Assembly: GCF_006345805.1 (NCBI RefSeq)
Contig: NC_043013.1
Coordinates: forward strand, 45,322,001 to 45,386,000
Length of the DNA stretch: 64,000 nucleotides
Reading direction: 5' to 3'
Source of the DNA: Octopus sinensis
Lineage: Eukaryota
Shown piece by piece: positions 23,899 to 37,559 of the stretch. Position numbers and translations under genes: made by a program. Under the pieces are notes generated by a model, which did not search any database, had not been told where the DNA came from, and saw only the letters and a list, made by a program, of their open reading frames with translations. Within the stretch, counting starts at the first letter, position 1. Each line of letters opens with the position of its first letter.

Positions 23899-24296
23899 GG
23901 ATCTTTTCGGTTTGAACGGCAGTTTTTTCTAGCAGTGTCATATGAAATTGTCACCCATGATTATGACCCTAGTATCGATCTATTGCATTTCAATATGTTT
24001 TAGGGTTAGGGTTAGGGGTGGGGCGGAGGGTATCTTTTTTTCTTCCCTAATGTAAATAAACCCAATCTGTTTCTTAAACGAGGGACACATTCATACGGCA
24101 CAGAATGTTTTCAGACGTCATTGATTGGTTGAAATTGCAGAAATTGAAGAAAAAAAAACAACAAATATCTTACAAACTCTAGAATTTTCTCAATAAAGCC
24201 AAGAGAAAAAGATGTTTTATAAACACATTCTACCAGTATACGAAGTTTAAAAGTGGAAATTATTTTAAAAAACTGCCGGTCAAACCGAAAAGATCC
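23899..24296. mobile_element. Merlin-like MITE
   Basis: TIRs GGATCTTTTCGGTTTGA / TCAAACCGAAAAGATCC; perfect 8-bp TSD AGAGCCTA. Confidence 0.9.
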
Positions 24297-24884
24297 AGAG
24301 CCTATCTTGTCATTTACTCTTTCGGGTATAACTGGGATGATATTCACTGAATAATTAGATGTGTACAACAAGCAATTATGTAATTAGGATACGTTCGTTG
24401 TGAATGGCAGCTTAAGAGGTTCGTAGCTGTTATGTTTGTCTTCGCAGTTAATCCCAGGTCGAAATTCATTGAATTTTTGTTATATTCTTTTTCTCTTTGG
24501 TGGGATTATTTGATGACTGACTAATGTTGTAACACGATGTTATCACTTCATAATTTCTATACTGCTATTACTGCTTAGACCAGACATAGGTAAACCACGC
24601 GGTCCATTTTAACTTCTTTTGCATGTCACGCGTAATGACATGATTACATAAACTAACATTTTATTACATAAATCTTTCTTAAGCAATTTCATCTCTCTCC
24701 CCTTCTCCTTCCTCCTCTCTCCTTCATTTATTCATTCATTTTTTCATTCATCCATTCACACTGTTTCCCTTGAATTATCAACCAATAAAAATGTAGTTAC
24801 TAAACACGATGTTTGTTAAATTAATCTTTTAATAGTGCGACTCGATTTATGTATAATATCTCATAAAAAAAAAGTTAGTCATTC

Positions 24885-25308
24885 GGCTGTGTGGTAAGTA
24901 GCTTGTTTACCAACAACATGGTTCCGGGTTCAGTCCCACTGCGTGGCACCTTGGGCAAGTGTTTTCTACTATAGACTCGGGCCGACCAAAGCCTTGTGAG
25001 TGGATTTGGTAGACGGAAACTGAAAGAAGCCTGTCGTATATATGTATATAAATGTATATATATATGCGTGTGTGTGTTTGTGTGTTTGTGTGTCTGTGTT
25101 TGTCCCCCTAGCATTGCTTGACAACCGATGCTGGTGTGTTTACGTCCCCGTAACATTAGCGGTTCGGCAAAAGAGACCGATAGAATAAGTACTGGGCTTA
25201 CAAAAAAAAAAAGTCCCGGGGTCGAGTTGCTCGTATAAAGGCGGTGCTCCAGCATGGCCGCAGTCAAATGACTGAAACAAGTAAAAGAGTAAAAGAGTAA
25301 AAGAGTAT
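24885..25308 (+). mobile_element. SINE family A, near full length
   Basis: Near-identical to 32941-33342. Confidence 0.9.
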
Positions 25309-25759
25309 ACACGCACAAATATAAACATGGGGGAAGCCAACGAAGGAATACAGAATAATTTGGCCTCAACCTGCTACAGTTTCAACTATTATCACCGACC
25401 ATCTATCCTGGCGAAAACGTATCCTCAATGTAGCTTGGGCTGTATCCCAAACACAAGCCCTGCCCCTCAGGGCCAGTTAATACTTTAACCGATGAAGTTT
25501 CTCACACTCTACAATGTAGGCTCGGGAACAGGAGTGCAGGGGGTACAAGCGTACCCCTAAGCACTTTTTTTTTTGGCGGGGAGCAATGGAAAACGTTTTG
25601 CACGTTCTCCTGAAAAAACTTCATCGCCACATCAAACGATCGTAGAAACAAACACTTTGGGACTGATTTGAAATATTTCTTGTCCGTTATTGGATTTATT
25701 TGATTTTATTGATGTACCTACAAATATAACAACAATATTCTTTTCTACTATAAGCACAG

Positions 25760-25958
25760 GGCCTGAAATTTTGAGGAAGGGGACTAGACGATTACATCTA
25801 CCTCAGTGTTTCACTGGTTGGTATATAATTTATCGATCCTGAAAGGATGAAAGGTAAAGTCGACCTCGGCAGAATTCCAATTTAGAACGTAGCGACGGGC
25901 GAAATACCGCTAAGCATTTTGCCCGGCGTGCTAACGAATCTGCCAACTCGCCGCCTTC
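25760..25958 (-). mobile_element. SINE family B
   Basis: Antisense head and body. Confidence 0.75.
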
Positions 25959-25970
25959 ACCACCGCCACC

Positions 25971-26119
<149 letters not shown>

Positions 26120-26424
26120 GGTTACTTGTTGTAGTTCGATGTTATGAATTTTTCTCTTCCAACAGTCTAATCTGTTGTGTGTATATGAATAATAACAATT
26201 AATATACCTGTGTTTATTTTGATATGATTGAAAAGAATCCACCTTGTCTGGGAAACATTTTGGGCCTGGGTTTTCACCCGCTCAGCAAATTTCGTTGCCG
26301 CATTTATGCTCTCCAAGGCGAAAGCGAGGCACACACTGTACTCTCACATCTGGAAGCGGTACTCCATAGTGGACATCACTCGAGAGTATTATATGGAAAC
26401 ATACCATTGTTAACAGAAAACATA

Positions 26425-27370
26425 AGGCGGCAAGATGGCAGAATCGTTAGCACGCCGGGCGAAATACTTAGCGGTATTTCGTCTGCTGTTACGTTCTGAG
26501 TTCAAATTCCGCCGAGGTCATCTTTGCCATTCATCCTTTCGGGGTCGATAAATTAAGTACCAGTTACGCACTGGGGGTCGATGTAATCTGTTTGTCTGTC
26601 CTTGTTTGTCTCCTCTGTGTGTAGCCCCTTGTAGGCAGTAAAGAAATAAGATATTAGAATCGTTAGAATGTCGGATAAAACTTTGTCCTGGCTCTTTCCG
26701 CTCTGATTTCGAAGTCCACCGGGGTTAAGTTTGTTTTCCATTATTAACTGTCTTCGTTGTAATCGACTATTCAACATTCCTACAAAATTTCCGGCCTTGT
26801 GCTTATAGTAGAAAGGATTATTTTTCGGGTCGATAAAATAAAGTACTAGTGAAGAACTGGGGTTGATATAATCAAATAACACTCCTCCCGCAAGAATTGA
26901 TGCTTTGTGCTTAAATCGTAATCTATTATTAATAGAAATCGTTCCGACTGTTTATATTTTGAGTTCAAATAAAGCCGAGGTTAATGCTGCCTTTCATTCT
27001 TTTTTTTTTTGGTGGTGGGGGGCGATAAAATAAATTACCAGTCATATACTGAGGCTGATGGTATTGACTAACTTAAAGGCGGCGAGCTGACAGAATCGTT
27101 AGCACGCCAGGCGAAATGCTTAGTAGTATTTCATCTGCCGTTACGTTCTGAGTTCAAATTCCGCCGAGGTTGACTTTGCCTTTCATCCTTTCGGGGTCGA
27201 CAAATTAAGTACCAATTACGCACTGGGGTCGATGTAATCGACTTAATACCTCTGTCAGTCCTTGTTTGTCTCCTCTATGTTTAGCCCCTTGTAGGTAATA
27301 AAGAAATAGGTATTGACTAACTCCTCCCCATTATTGCTGGCATTGTGCCTAAATCAGAAACCATTGTTAT
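26425..27370 (+). mobile_element. Cluster of about four SINE family B copies/fragments in the same orientation
   Basis: Heads at about 26425 and 27076; body motifs also at about 26820 and 26960-27060. Confidence 0.75.
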
Positions 27371-27469
27371 TAGAAACCATCAAACCACGTAGACTTAAGT
27401 TTGTGCGACACTGTTCACGAAGAAAAGATAAAGTTGTACGTCGATTATTTTTATGCTAAGCAGTGGATG

Positions 27470-27491
27470 GTAAGTAAGTAAGTAAGTAAGT

Positions 27492-27535
<44 letters not shown>

Positions 27536-27630
27536 TGTAAGTAAGTAAGTAAGTATGTAAGTATGTAAGTAAGTAAGTAGTAAGTAAGTAAGTGAGTAAG
27601 TATGTAAGTAAGTAAGTAAGTAAGTAAGTA

Positions 27631-27662
<32 letters not shown>

Positions 27663-27674
27663 TGTAAGTAAGTA

Positions 27675-27708
<34 letters not shown>

Positions 27709-27720
27709 GAAGGAAGGAAG
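27470..27720. repeat. (AGTA)n array, probable tail of the adjacent RTE fragment
   Basis: Direct reading. Confidence 0.9.
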
Positions 27721-28200
27721 TAAAATCCCTAACTGGCAACCGGAAGGGAAGGTTGTCCTCTCAACCAATACGCTGCTGTGGGTGCTGCTTGATGATGGAC
27801 TCTCATGATGATCTTCCACGCTTTCCAATCCATGGCGCTGGCCTTATCATGCTCGAGAGGTCGAGGCGCTCGACTTCGTGTCTTCCTCAATTTGTTTCGC
27901 CCGTGTCTTCTTTGGTACGCTGCGCTGGATTCTCTAGTGCGTGGATCACTGCCGACACAAATGCAGATCGTTGAAAACCGAGCGAGCGCCTAAGAAGATC
28001 ATTGCGCTCCCACGTTCGGCTTTTGTTGGTTCAACCAGCTTGGTCCGGATCAGAGATAACCTCCTTGAGGGTTGCATGGCAAAAAAGAAGAAGAGGCGGG
28101 CCTTATCGAGCATGTGTGCAACAGTTGCTGGAGGACTTTGGAAACACTGTTGTATATGTGATGGAATCGTGAAGGAGATTGGTCAATGGGATTTGAATGG
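27721..28200 (-). pseudogene. Degenerate 3' end of an RTE-like LINE
   Basis: Frameshifted TNKS, QIEEDT, AMDWKAWKII resemble the RTE C-terminus (WT..TN.SV, QI.EDT, A.DR..WR.II); microsatellite tail follows. Confidence 0.5.
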
Positions 28201-28338
28201 ACATGATGTTATGCACGCATGTCTGTTATTGTTTTAAGCAAGTTAAAGGATGATAATGGAACGTTTACTGATAGGGTAACTTAATGATGAGAGTAGTTAA
28301 ATACATTGTAAGGTTATGTGTGTGTGTGTGTGTGTGTG

Positions 28339-28410
<72 letters not shown>

Positions 28411-28754
28411 GAGAGTATGTAAAACTGAAAACCCTTGAGAATTTACTCAGGGTGTTCAAGTTTCAAGTATATCACTTGGAAAATGATATTTACAAAATTT
28501 GAGCAACTTCTCAAATGTTTTAAACTTCATAATAAAATACATACTCTTTACATCTCCCGTTCATTTATACATATATGTCCACACATATACATACATATAT
28601 ACACATATACATATATACATATATGCATATGTGTGTGTATTTATAGACAATATATGTGTATATGTATGTGCGTATATATATATAAATCCTTAAAATCCTT
28701 AAAAATGTTTTAGCCCGAAGGCCGCGGCCATGCTGGGGCACCAACGCTATATAT

Positions 28755-28906
28755 ATATATATCAGCCGAAATTGCTAGGATGATCCGGTTCTTGACTGAA
28801 GATTGAAGGCTTCGAATGTCCCGTCCGTGTTTTTTGTATCGTCTTCTAAATGTTTTACGTTCTTGTCCCAGTTTGTATTTTTCTACTTATAATATATATA
28901 TATATA

Positions 28907-28943
<37 letters not shown>

Positions 28944-29150
28944 TCAAGGAAAAACGGTTTGACTGTGAATTCAAAGTTTCGGCTTGCTTGCCGTCATCAG
29001 ACTGGTTCTTTCTGCGTTTATATAGTTTTTGTCAAGTTGTTTCTTTTGTAGATAGACTAATGTGAATGAGAATTAGATGTGGTGTGTTTAGACAAAGGGA
29101 ATGGTTGTGTAGAAACGTGGGAAATATAGAAGATTGGCAGAAAGAATATG
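28755..29150. mobile_element. Penelope-like terminal fragments among (TA)n
   Basis: CTGAAGA...GAATGTC (+, about 28795) and CTGATGA..GAAAC (-, about 28977-29000) motifs; no ORF. Confidence 0.4.
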
Positions 29151-29195
29151 TGTGTAGGGGAGATTGAAAGAAAGGTATAAAAAAATACATAATCT

Positions 29196-29234
<39 letters not shown>

Positions 29235-29264
29235 TATATATATATATTATATATATATATATAT

Positions 29265-29366
<102 letters not shown>

Positions 29367-31139
29367 CAACCCTGCTAAATTGGTTTTATATATAACTTAA
29401 CACAAGCAAAATAAAACAAAACAGTAACACACACACACACAACACACATACATCACACACACATATACACTCACAAATGTTTCTTAAAGCTAAATACGAA
29501 AATAATTTATATATATATGTGTATATATATCTTAATGTTCTTTTTTTGTAAATTTATGTATAAAAGCAATCTATACATACATACATACATACACACATAC
29601 ATACATACGTGCATACATACATACATACATACATACATACATACATACATACATACATACATACATACATACATACATAAAACATACATTCATACGTACA
29701 TACATACATGCATACATACATACATACAACATCAAATGTCGATTGTTGCCATTTTGTTGTTTTTGAATGGTTTTCATTATCTTTTCTGTTGATCCGACGG
29801 TGAACAGAAATTAGAGCATTGCTGTGACATTTGTGATCTCTCTCCCCACCCATTTCTCTTCCCCATCTCCACGTGTGTATGTGTCTGTGTATATATGTGT
29901 ATGTGTGTATATGTGAGTGCGCGCGCATACGGATACGCGCGCATCGATTTTGACATTCAATCTATGCTTTCACACAGAATACACAAACCCCCCAAAAATT
30001 CAAACAAGCATGCACGTACAGAACTTTCTCTTCTTCCCTGTCATTCTCACATATACGAACGAACATGCATCGACGCATGCAAACACACACACACACACAC
30101 ACATACACACAAAATAAAATTCACACAAACATCGACTCCGAAACCAGACACATACGCCTCTACAAAAAGCAAACACATTCGTATACACGCAGAAACGGAA
30201 CACATAGATTTGTAAATAAACTCACAGGCATAATAAACACGCTTGAATATAAATAATCGTATAGACGACGCTCATAACAACAAATATACAAAGACATGCT
30301 TACGCTACGCATTATGTTTGCGTTGTATGCAGCTGCGTGTGTTCACTTAATTAGCACACTGATGATTAAATGTCGCCTTTGTTTTCCCCCTCTTTGAATA
30401 GTTGCATACCTTTTTTTATGCAGGTAACATGTGATCTCTGCTAATACTGCAGTAACTGCATAGAAGTAAGCTTTTAATCCGATTAAACAAACTCTAATGA
30501 AACGTTCGTCTTTACATATTTATTAACCCCTTATCAAAGTATTTAACCTACGCCTTCTCTTTCGTCTCAGTCACCCCACGATTTCATCTTAATCTTAGTC
30601 ACCTCTCTCTTTCGCTCTCTCTCGACCATTTAAGATATAATAAAGTGTTTAATGAATGCCTCAACTTCTATTCACTATCATTTCCTAGCAATGATTCCTT
30701 AAGTTGGTTCATTAATCTAATCTCCATGTAGCCCCTAAGAAAGGTTATCAACCACAATTGCTGATACAGAGATGGTGATGTTGCTGGTGGTGAAATGTTA
30801 GCTTTAATTACTGTAATTAACCTTTTATTTTTTTCCTTTTCGTTTTGTATGGAACTAAGGAGGTCCAGTAAGCTTTATTAATACTTGTACAGACAACGGG
30901 CTTATTCTTTAGTAGCAGCACCGTTTGACTGTTATCAGATAATCAATCTTACCAGCCAAAGGACTGACTGACTGTTGGTATTTTCTCCCAGGTGGTTTCT
31001 TTTTTCTGTCTTAATCAAATGACTTCTTTGCTAGACTTCGTAAGCAGACTGTTTCAAATTTCAATGTGGACAAAATTTCGGCGAATTGGCAGGAACGTTA
31101 GAGCGTCGAGCGAAATATTTTGCATTATTGATACCGACC

Positions 31140-31690
31140 TCTAAGGTAGCAAGCTGGCAGAATCGTTAGCACACTGGGCAGAATGCTTAGCGGCATTTCG
31201 TCCGTCTTTACGATCTGTGTTCGAATTGCGCCGAGGTCGACTTTGCCATCCATTCCTTTGGAGTCGATAAAATAAGAACACGTTAACTACTGGGATCGAT
31301 GTAATCGACTAACCCCACTCACCGAAGTTGCTGACATTATGCCAAAATTTGAAATCCTTATTTATGCTGGTCTCTAAGGCGACGAGCTGGCAGAATCGTT
31401 AGCAAGCCGAGCGAAATGCTTTGCGGCATTTCGTCTGTCTTTACGTTCTGAGTTCAAATCCTGCTGAGGTGGATTTCGCCTTTTATACTTTCAGGATCGA
31501 TAAAATAAATGCCAGTTGAGCATCAGGGTCGATGTAATCGACTAACCCCTTCCCCCTGAAATTGCTGGTCTTGTGTCAAGATTTGAAACTGTTATTTGTA
31601 CCGGCCTCTTCCGTTCTAAGTTTAATTCTCGCCGGAGTCAACTTTGCCTTTAATCCTTCCGAGATCGATAAATAAAGAACTAGTGTAAGG
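31140..31690 (+). mobile_element. Tandem cluster of SINE family B (two full copies, one partial)
   Basis: Heads gctggcagaatcgttagca at about 31152 and 31386. Confidence 0.8.
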
Positions 31691-31844
31691 CGGTCGACTC
31701 GTTGAATAGTAAGAACATCGAATGGAGACTGCCTAGTGGTATTTGTTCCACACTTTGTGTCCTGAGTTCAAATACCGCAGTGGATTTAATAGGTGGTACA
31801 ATTCTATATTACTGAGATGAAAAATTTATATTACGTATACTCTT

Positions 31845-31924
31845 TATATTAGTCAGACTGCTGTCCTCATCTCGATTGTAGTGAAAGCAACAATCAAGAT
31901 GAGGATATCAGTCCGACTAATATA
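31845..31924. other. 80-nt hairpin: 35-bp arms, 10-nt loop (pre-miRNA-like or tiny MITE)
   Basis: Arms 31845-31879 and 31890-31924 are complementary at 31 of 35 positions. Confidence 0.85.
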
Positions 31925-32113
31925 AACAGAATAAATAAATGGGTGATATACTTAATCTACTGTCCAGCTAAACACAACCCCGTGACCCCTGGGTGCTTAC
32001 TCTCCCACCAGTCCTAGAGTTCCAGAAAAGGGTCATGAGCTCTGACCGCTCATTTCTGACTAAAGAATTAACGAAAATGACGTAGATGCTCCATCGTTAG
32101 TTTGTACAACATC

Positions 32114-32730
32114 CGAGGGAGAGACTGAAAAGTTCCTGGCTTTGGGTGAAAGAAAATACAGGAGAATCAGTTAATTCTTTCTTCTTTCTTTTTTCTTTTT
32201 ACTCGTTTCAGTCATTTTGACTGCGGCCATGCTGGAGCACCGCCTTTAGTCGAGCAACTCGACCCCGGGACTTATTCTTTTGTAAGCCCAGTACTTATTC
32301 TATCGGTCTCTTTTGCCGAACCGCTAAGTTACGGGGACGTAAACACACCAGCATCGGTTGTCAAGCAATGCTAGGGTGACAAACACAGACACACAAACAT
32401 ACACGCACATACATATACATACATATATACGACGGGCTTCTTTCAGTTTCCGTCTACCAAATCCACTCACAAGGCATTGGTCGGCCCCAGGCTATAGTAG
32501 AAGACACTTGCCCAAGATGCCACGCAGTGGAACTGAACTCGGAACCACGTGGTTGGTAAACAAGTTACTTACCACACAGCCACTCCTGCGCCTGTTGTGA
32601 TTTTATCCAACACATTTCCCTCTCAAATTCACACACTTATTGCAACGGTCCTTCAATTTTTCTCAGCCCTGTAAAAGAACTCGGAAGGTTGTATTTCCAA
32701 TCAGGCCTTTCGCGAAACCATTACCGTTAA
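32114..32730 (-). mobile_element. Mariner remnant (3' end) interrupted by a SINE
   Basis: cgagggagagactgaaaagttcctgg TIR-like end; antisense KLKDRCNKCVNLRGKCV resembles the mariner C-terminus KL..RW.KC...G.YV. Confidence 0.6.
32195..32593 (-). mobile_element. SINE family A, full length
   Basis: Near-consensus copy. Confidence 0.9.
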
Positions 32731-32940
32731 AGCTAGTAACATTTCAGCATTCCACCCCGTACAGTTGTAAGCGGCGGGAGCATTGAAAATTTCACAAATG
32801 TTTTGTTATCTTGTATAGCTAGACATAAATCTCATTATAGCTAAGTTATTTCTCTGAATTTGATATTAGGACTGATATTTTATTGATGGAAAAGTGAACT
32901 AATTGACTATCACAATTATTGATTTAAAAAAAATATATAT

Positions 32941-33342
32941 AGGCGCAGGATTGGCTGTGTGGTAAGTAGCTTGCTAACCAACCACATGGTTCCGGGTTCA
33001 GTCCCACTGCGTGGCATCTTGGGCAAGTGTCTTCTGCTATAGCCCCGGGCCGACCAATGCCTTGTGAGTGGATTTGGTAGACGGAAACTGAAAGAAGCCT
33101 GTCGTATATATATATAAGTGTGTGTGTATATGTTTGTGTGTCTGTGTTTGTCCCCCTAGCATTGCTTGACAACCGATGCTGGTGTGTTTACGTCCCCGTA
33201 ACTTAGCGGTTCGGCAAAAGAGACCGATAGAATAAGTACTGGGCTTACAAAGAATAAGTCCCGGGGTCGATTTGCTCGACTAAAGGCGGTGCTCCAGCAT
33301 GGCCGCAGTCAAATGACTGAAACAAGTAAAAGAGTAAAAGAG
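32941..33342 (+). mobile_element. SINE family A, full length
   Basis: Near-consensus copy, inverted relative to 32195-32593. Confidence 0.9.
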
Positions 33343-33685
33343 AGATATCATTAAATATTGATTTCTTACATTAATGTATCGCTGATAAATTAGCTTTGTA
33401 TAACCTCCGCACATCTCGTTTTGTACGAAGGGTTAAATAAAGTAAAGTTGCTCAACCGGAAATCGAACCCTTATAGTAACCTTTTGACAAAATGGAAACG
33501 TACGTATTTACTTCTAACAACTCTCCTACTATCCAGGAATCCACGGCAGACACAGCGAAGGGTCCTACATAAGGTAGGCTAAATCAACAATTTTTCATCT
33601 CAGTGTTACAAACCCAATCCACTCTATTAATATTCTACATGTACAAACACAATTTGTGTGTTTCAGACGAATGAAATAAAGCGTA

Positions 33686-34471
33686 ACGTTCTGCCGTATC
33701 GTTCTGAGTTCAAATTCCGCTGCGGTCGACTTTGCTTTTCATCCTTTCGGGGTCGATAAATGAAGTACCAGTTGAGTACTGGGGGTCGATGTGATCGACT
33801 GTCCCCTTCCCCACAAAATCAATAATAATAATGATGATGATGATGATGACGAAGACGACGACGGCGACAACAACAATAATAACAACAACAACAACAACAA
33901 CAATAACAATAATAATAACAACAACAACAACAACAATAACAATAATAACAACAATAACAATAATAATAATAACAACAACAACAACACGTTCTGCCGTAAC
34001 GTTCTGAGTTCAAATTCCGCCGCGGTCGACTTTGCTTTTCATCCTTTCGGGGTCGATAAATGAAGTACCAGTTGAGTACTGGGGGTCGATGGGATCGACT
34101 GTCCCCTTCCCCACAAAATCAATAATAATAATAATGATGATGATGATGACGAAGACGACCACGACGACGGCGACAACAACAATAATAATAACAACAACAA
34201 CAACAACAACAATAACAATAATAATAACAACAACAACAACAACAACAACAATAACAATAATAACAACAATAACAATAATAATAATAACAACAACAACAAT
34301 AATATCAACAATAATAATAACAATAATAATAATAACAACAACAATAATAATAATAACAATAATAATAACAACAATAATAATAATAACAACAATAATAATA
34401 ACAACAACAACAACAATAATAATAACAACAACAATAACAACCACAACAACAACAACAACAACAATAAAAAT

Positions 34472-34556
<85 letters not shown>
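33686..34556 (+). repeat. Tandem duplication of a SINE B body + (GAT/CAA/TAA)n, period 300 bp
   Basis: acgttctgccgta at 33686 and 33986. Confidence 0.9.
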
Positions 34557-34639
34557 GAGCCAACTTGTACAAATATAAAGCAAAAGTCAAACAGAATAAT
34601 AATAATAAAATGGTAATAATGATGTCTAACTTTGGTAGA

Positions 34640-35220
34640 AATCTACAGAGTTTGGAAGAAAGGAACAGTTGATTAAACGAACATCATTATTTGACTGGTA
34701 CTTTAATTTTATCGAGCCACAGAAGGATAAAAAGCAGAGTCGACCTCGCTGGAATTCGAACTTAGGCTGTTGCTCTATCTAATCTACCTTCTGCCAGGCA
34801 AAATTGCTTAGCATTTCGTCTGTCTTCCCGCCTCGAGTTCAAATTCTGCCACTGTTGAATTTACCATATTTTTTTTCTTTCGAGAGTCGATGAAATAAGA
34901 ACCAGCTGAGAACTGGGGTCGATGCAATCGACTTATCCTCCCTCCTTTCCTCCGAAATTGCTGGCCTTGTGCTAAAATTTGAAACCAATATTTTTATATA
35001 CAAGAAGGCGGTAAGCTGGCAGAATTGTTAGCTCTCCGGGCAAAATGCTTTGCGGCATTTCACCCGTCTTTACGTTCTGAGTTCAAATTCCGCCGAGGTC
35101 GACTTTGCCTTTCGTCCTTTCGGGATCGATAAAATAAGTGCTAGTTGAGCACTGGGGTCGATGTAATCGGCTTTGCCTCTCCCTCGAAATTTCTGGCCTT
35201 GTGTCAAAATTTGAAATCTA
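34640..35220. mobile_element. SINE family B cluster (one minus, two plus)
   Basis: Body motifs at about 34720 (-), 34830-34990 (+) and 35005-35220 (+). Confidence 0.7.
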
Positions 35221-35520
35221 TTGTTATTGGTTTTTTTTTTTTTTAGGTCAGATCAAAATTTGAAATCTATTTTTATTGTTGTTTTTTTTAGGTCAGATCA
35301 AAATTTGAAATCTATTTTTATTGTTTTTTTTTAGGTCAGATCAATCTTGGTCGAGCAGATCAAATGTCGTCCTGAATTTCTCTTTCCAAGTTACTTTATT
35401 TTGTATCGTGGTAGAAAGTAAATTACATAGAGAGGACAGTCTAATGGAGGGTGGTGGTCGTGGTGGTCGTGATGATGATTTCCAGGTTCATATTCTAAAC
35501 ATCTTCGTAATGCAGATGGT

Positions 35521-35735
35521 TACTCTTTTACTCTTTTACTTGTTTCAGTCAGTTGACTGCGGCCATGCTGGAGCACCGCCTTTGGTCGAGCAACTCGACC
35601 CCGGGACTTATTCTTTGTAAGCCCAGTACTTATTCTATCGGTCTCTTTTGCCGAACCGCTAAGTGACGGGGACATAAACACACCAGCATCGGTTGTCAAG
35701 CAATGCTAGGGGGACAAACACAGACACACAAACAT

Positions 35736-35817
<82 letters not shown>

Positions 35818-35972
35818 CGGGCTTCTTTCAGTTTCCGTCTACCAAATCCACTCACAAAGCTTTGGTCGGCCCGAGGCTATAGTAGAAGACACTTGCCCAA
35901 AGTGCCACGCAGTGGGACTGAACCCAGAACCATGTGGTTGGTAAGCAAGCTACTTACCACACAGCCACTCCT
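35521..35972 (-). mobile_element. SINE family A, full length
   Basis: Near-consensus copy. Confidence 0.9.
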
Positions 35973-37559
35973 GGTTAGATACAAAGCAGCGAAGAGGACA
36001 TTAAAAAACAAAAGCTAGGTACTGATTGGGTCCATAAAATAAATTAAAAAATATCATTATCATAATCACAAGCTCTAGATGTTAGACATAGTGAAAGACA
36101 ACTAAACAGGTCAAGGAGATGATATTTAATTTAACTTTCGTGTCGGCATTATTTATTCACTAAAATAACACGCCTAGAGTATCAACATATTTACATTGTT
36201 GTTTTTAGATAAACTTTCCGGCACAAAGAAAAGCGATCACCTCGTTGGTGTCCAAGACATAAATCAAACAAGTTTTTAAAGCTTAAATTAGGTAAGGTAA
36301 TTCTAAATGTAATATCCAAATAGAAATGGTTGCGTTCGGTTTAATCTCCTTCACTTGGATATTTTTCACATACGTTTGGAGAAACCGACGATTCAATTAT
36401 CAAAGTGCTGCGAAAACGTTTAAATTGTAAAACTTTAAGGGGAATTCATGAAATGATAGTTTTAACGACAGAAGTGCATTGGTCAGTTATATTTTATCGC
36501 TGTACATCATCTCTTTTCTTGTTAAATAACGTTTATATTACAACATACAATGAAGAAAGACAAGAATGATATTGTAACAGATTCGAAATGGAATTGCTGA
36601 ATAGCCAAGTAGACATCACGGCTTAGCCACAATCGTTTCAGGTGATCGGCCGGTTAACCGACCAGTCAGCGCCAAGCTGTCTTGCGATTCGACTTTCTAG
36701 ACCCTTTTCTTTGTTCCTTATATAAACCTGTTTTAACACCCAAAACTCATTGCAGAGTGTTTGGAAGGCGGCTGAGCAAAATGCGCCTCCACTCTAGCTG
36801 GACGGCACACGCAGAATTTTGAAACCGGTCCACTCATTCACACGCCTCACCTCTTGCCATAGAATGTTGAGGCAGCCGCTTGACGTCTCCATTTTCATTT
36901 CATCATCAGCCGTTGGCAGATAGAAAGCACAGATTTTTGTCGCCATGAATAATATGGCGCCTTTATTTTCCAGTTGCGATGTGCCAGCCGCAATTGCTAT
37001 ATAGACCCTAGTAGTATGTCTCTCCCGGTGTGTAACTGTCTCTGTTATTTTTCATCAAAAGACCAATGCAGAAAACACAATTTCCAGTAATTAAAACTTC
37101 TGTTAATTGTTCGTGAGTGTTTATTCTTTTATTGATTTATTCGATCACTTGTTTCACTCATTTGACTGCGGCCATGTTAATTTTTTTTTACACGCAACCC
37201 TAGAATTACATTTTCATTCTTCCCCATCACCAAGTACCAAACGACACCTCACGACAAAATATTCCGACAAATGCGTTAGTACAACGGCGAACATTTTAAA
37301 ATTAAAGATAGAAATGAATAAAATATTTTAACAAATTGCTAATTATTGTTTTCAGTTGCTCAACGAATGAAACTGTATTAAAAAAAACGCTCGGTAATTG
37401 GTGTTAAATGAATTAGACGATGGTCATAAAACAATTGGTGAGCTGCTTGTTAGCAACATTAATTGGGTAAGGCCTGGCACACCTTTAATCGCTTTCACAA
37501 ATTTGAGTCTTTATGCCCGGCCAAAAGTAGTCACTGCTGCTGTTGCTGCTGTTGCTGTT

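Noticed and set aside
36600-37020. GC-richer unique stretch with short ORFs
   Set aside because: All frames close within about 50 codons and no family was recognised; a regulatory role cannot be judged from sequence
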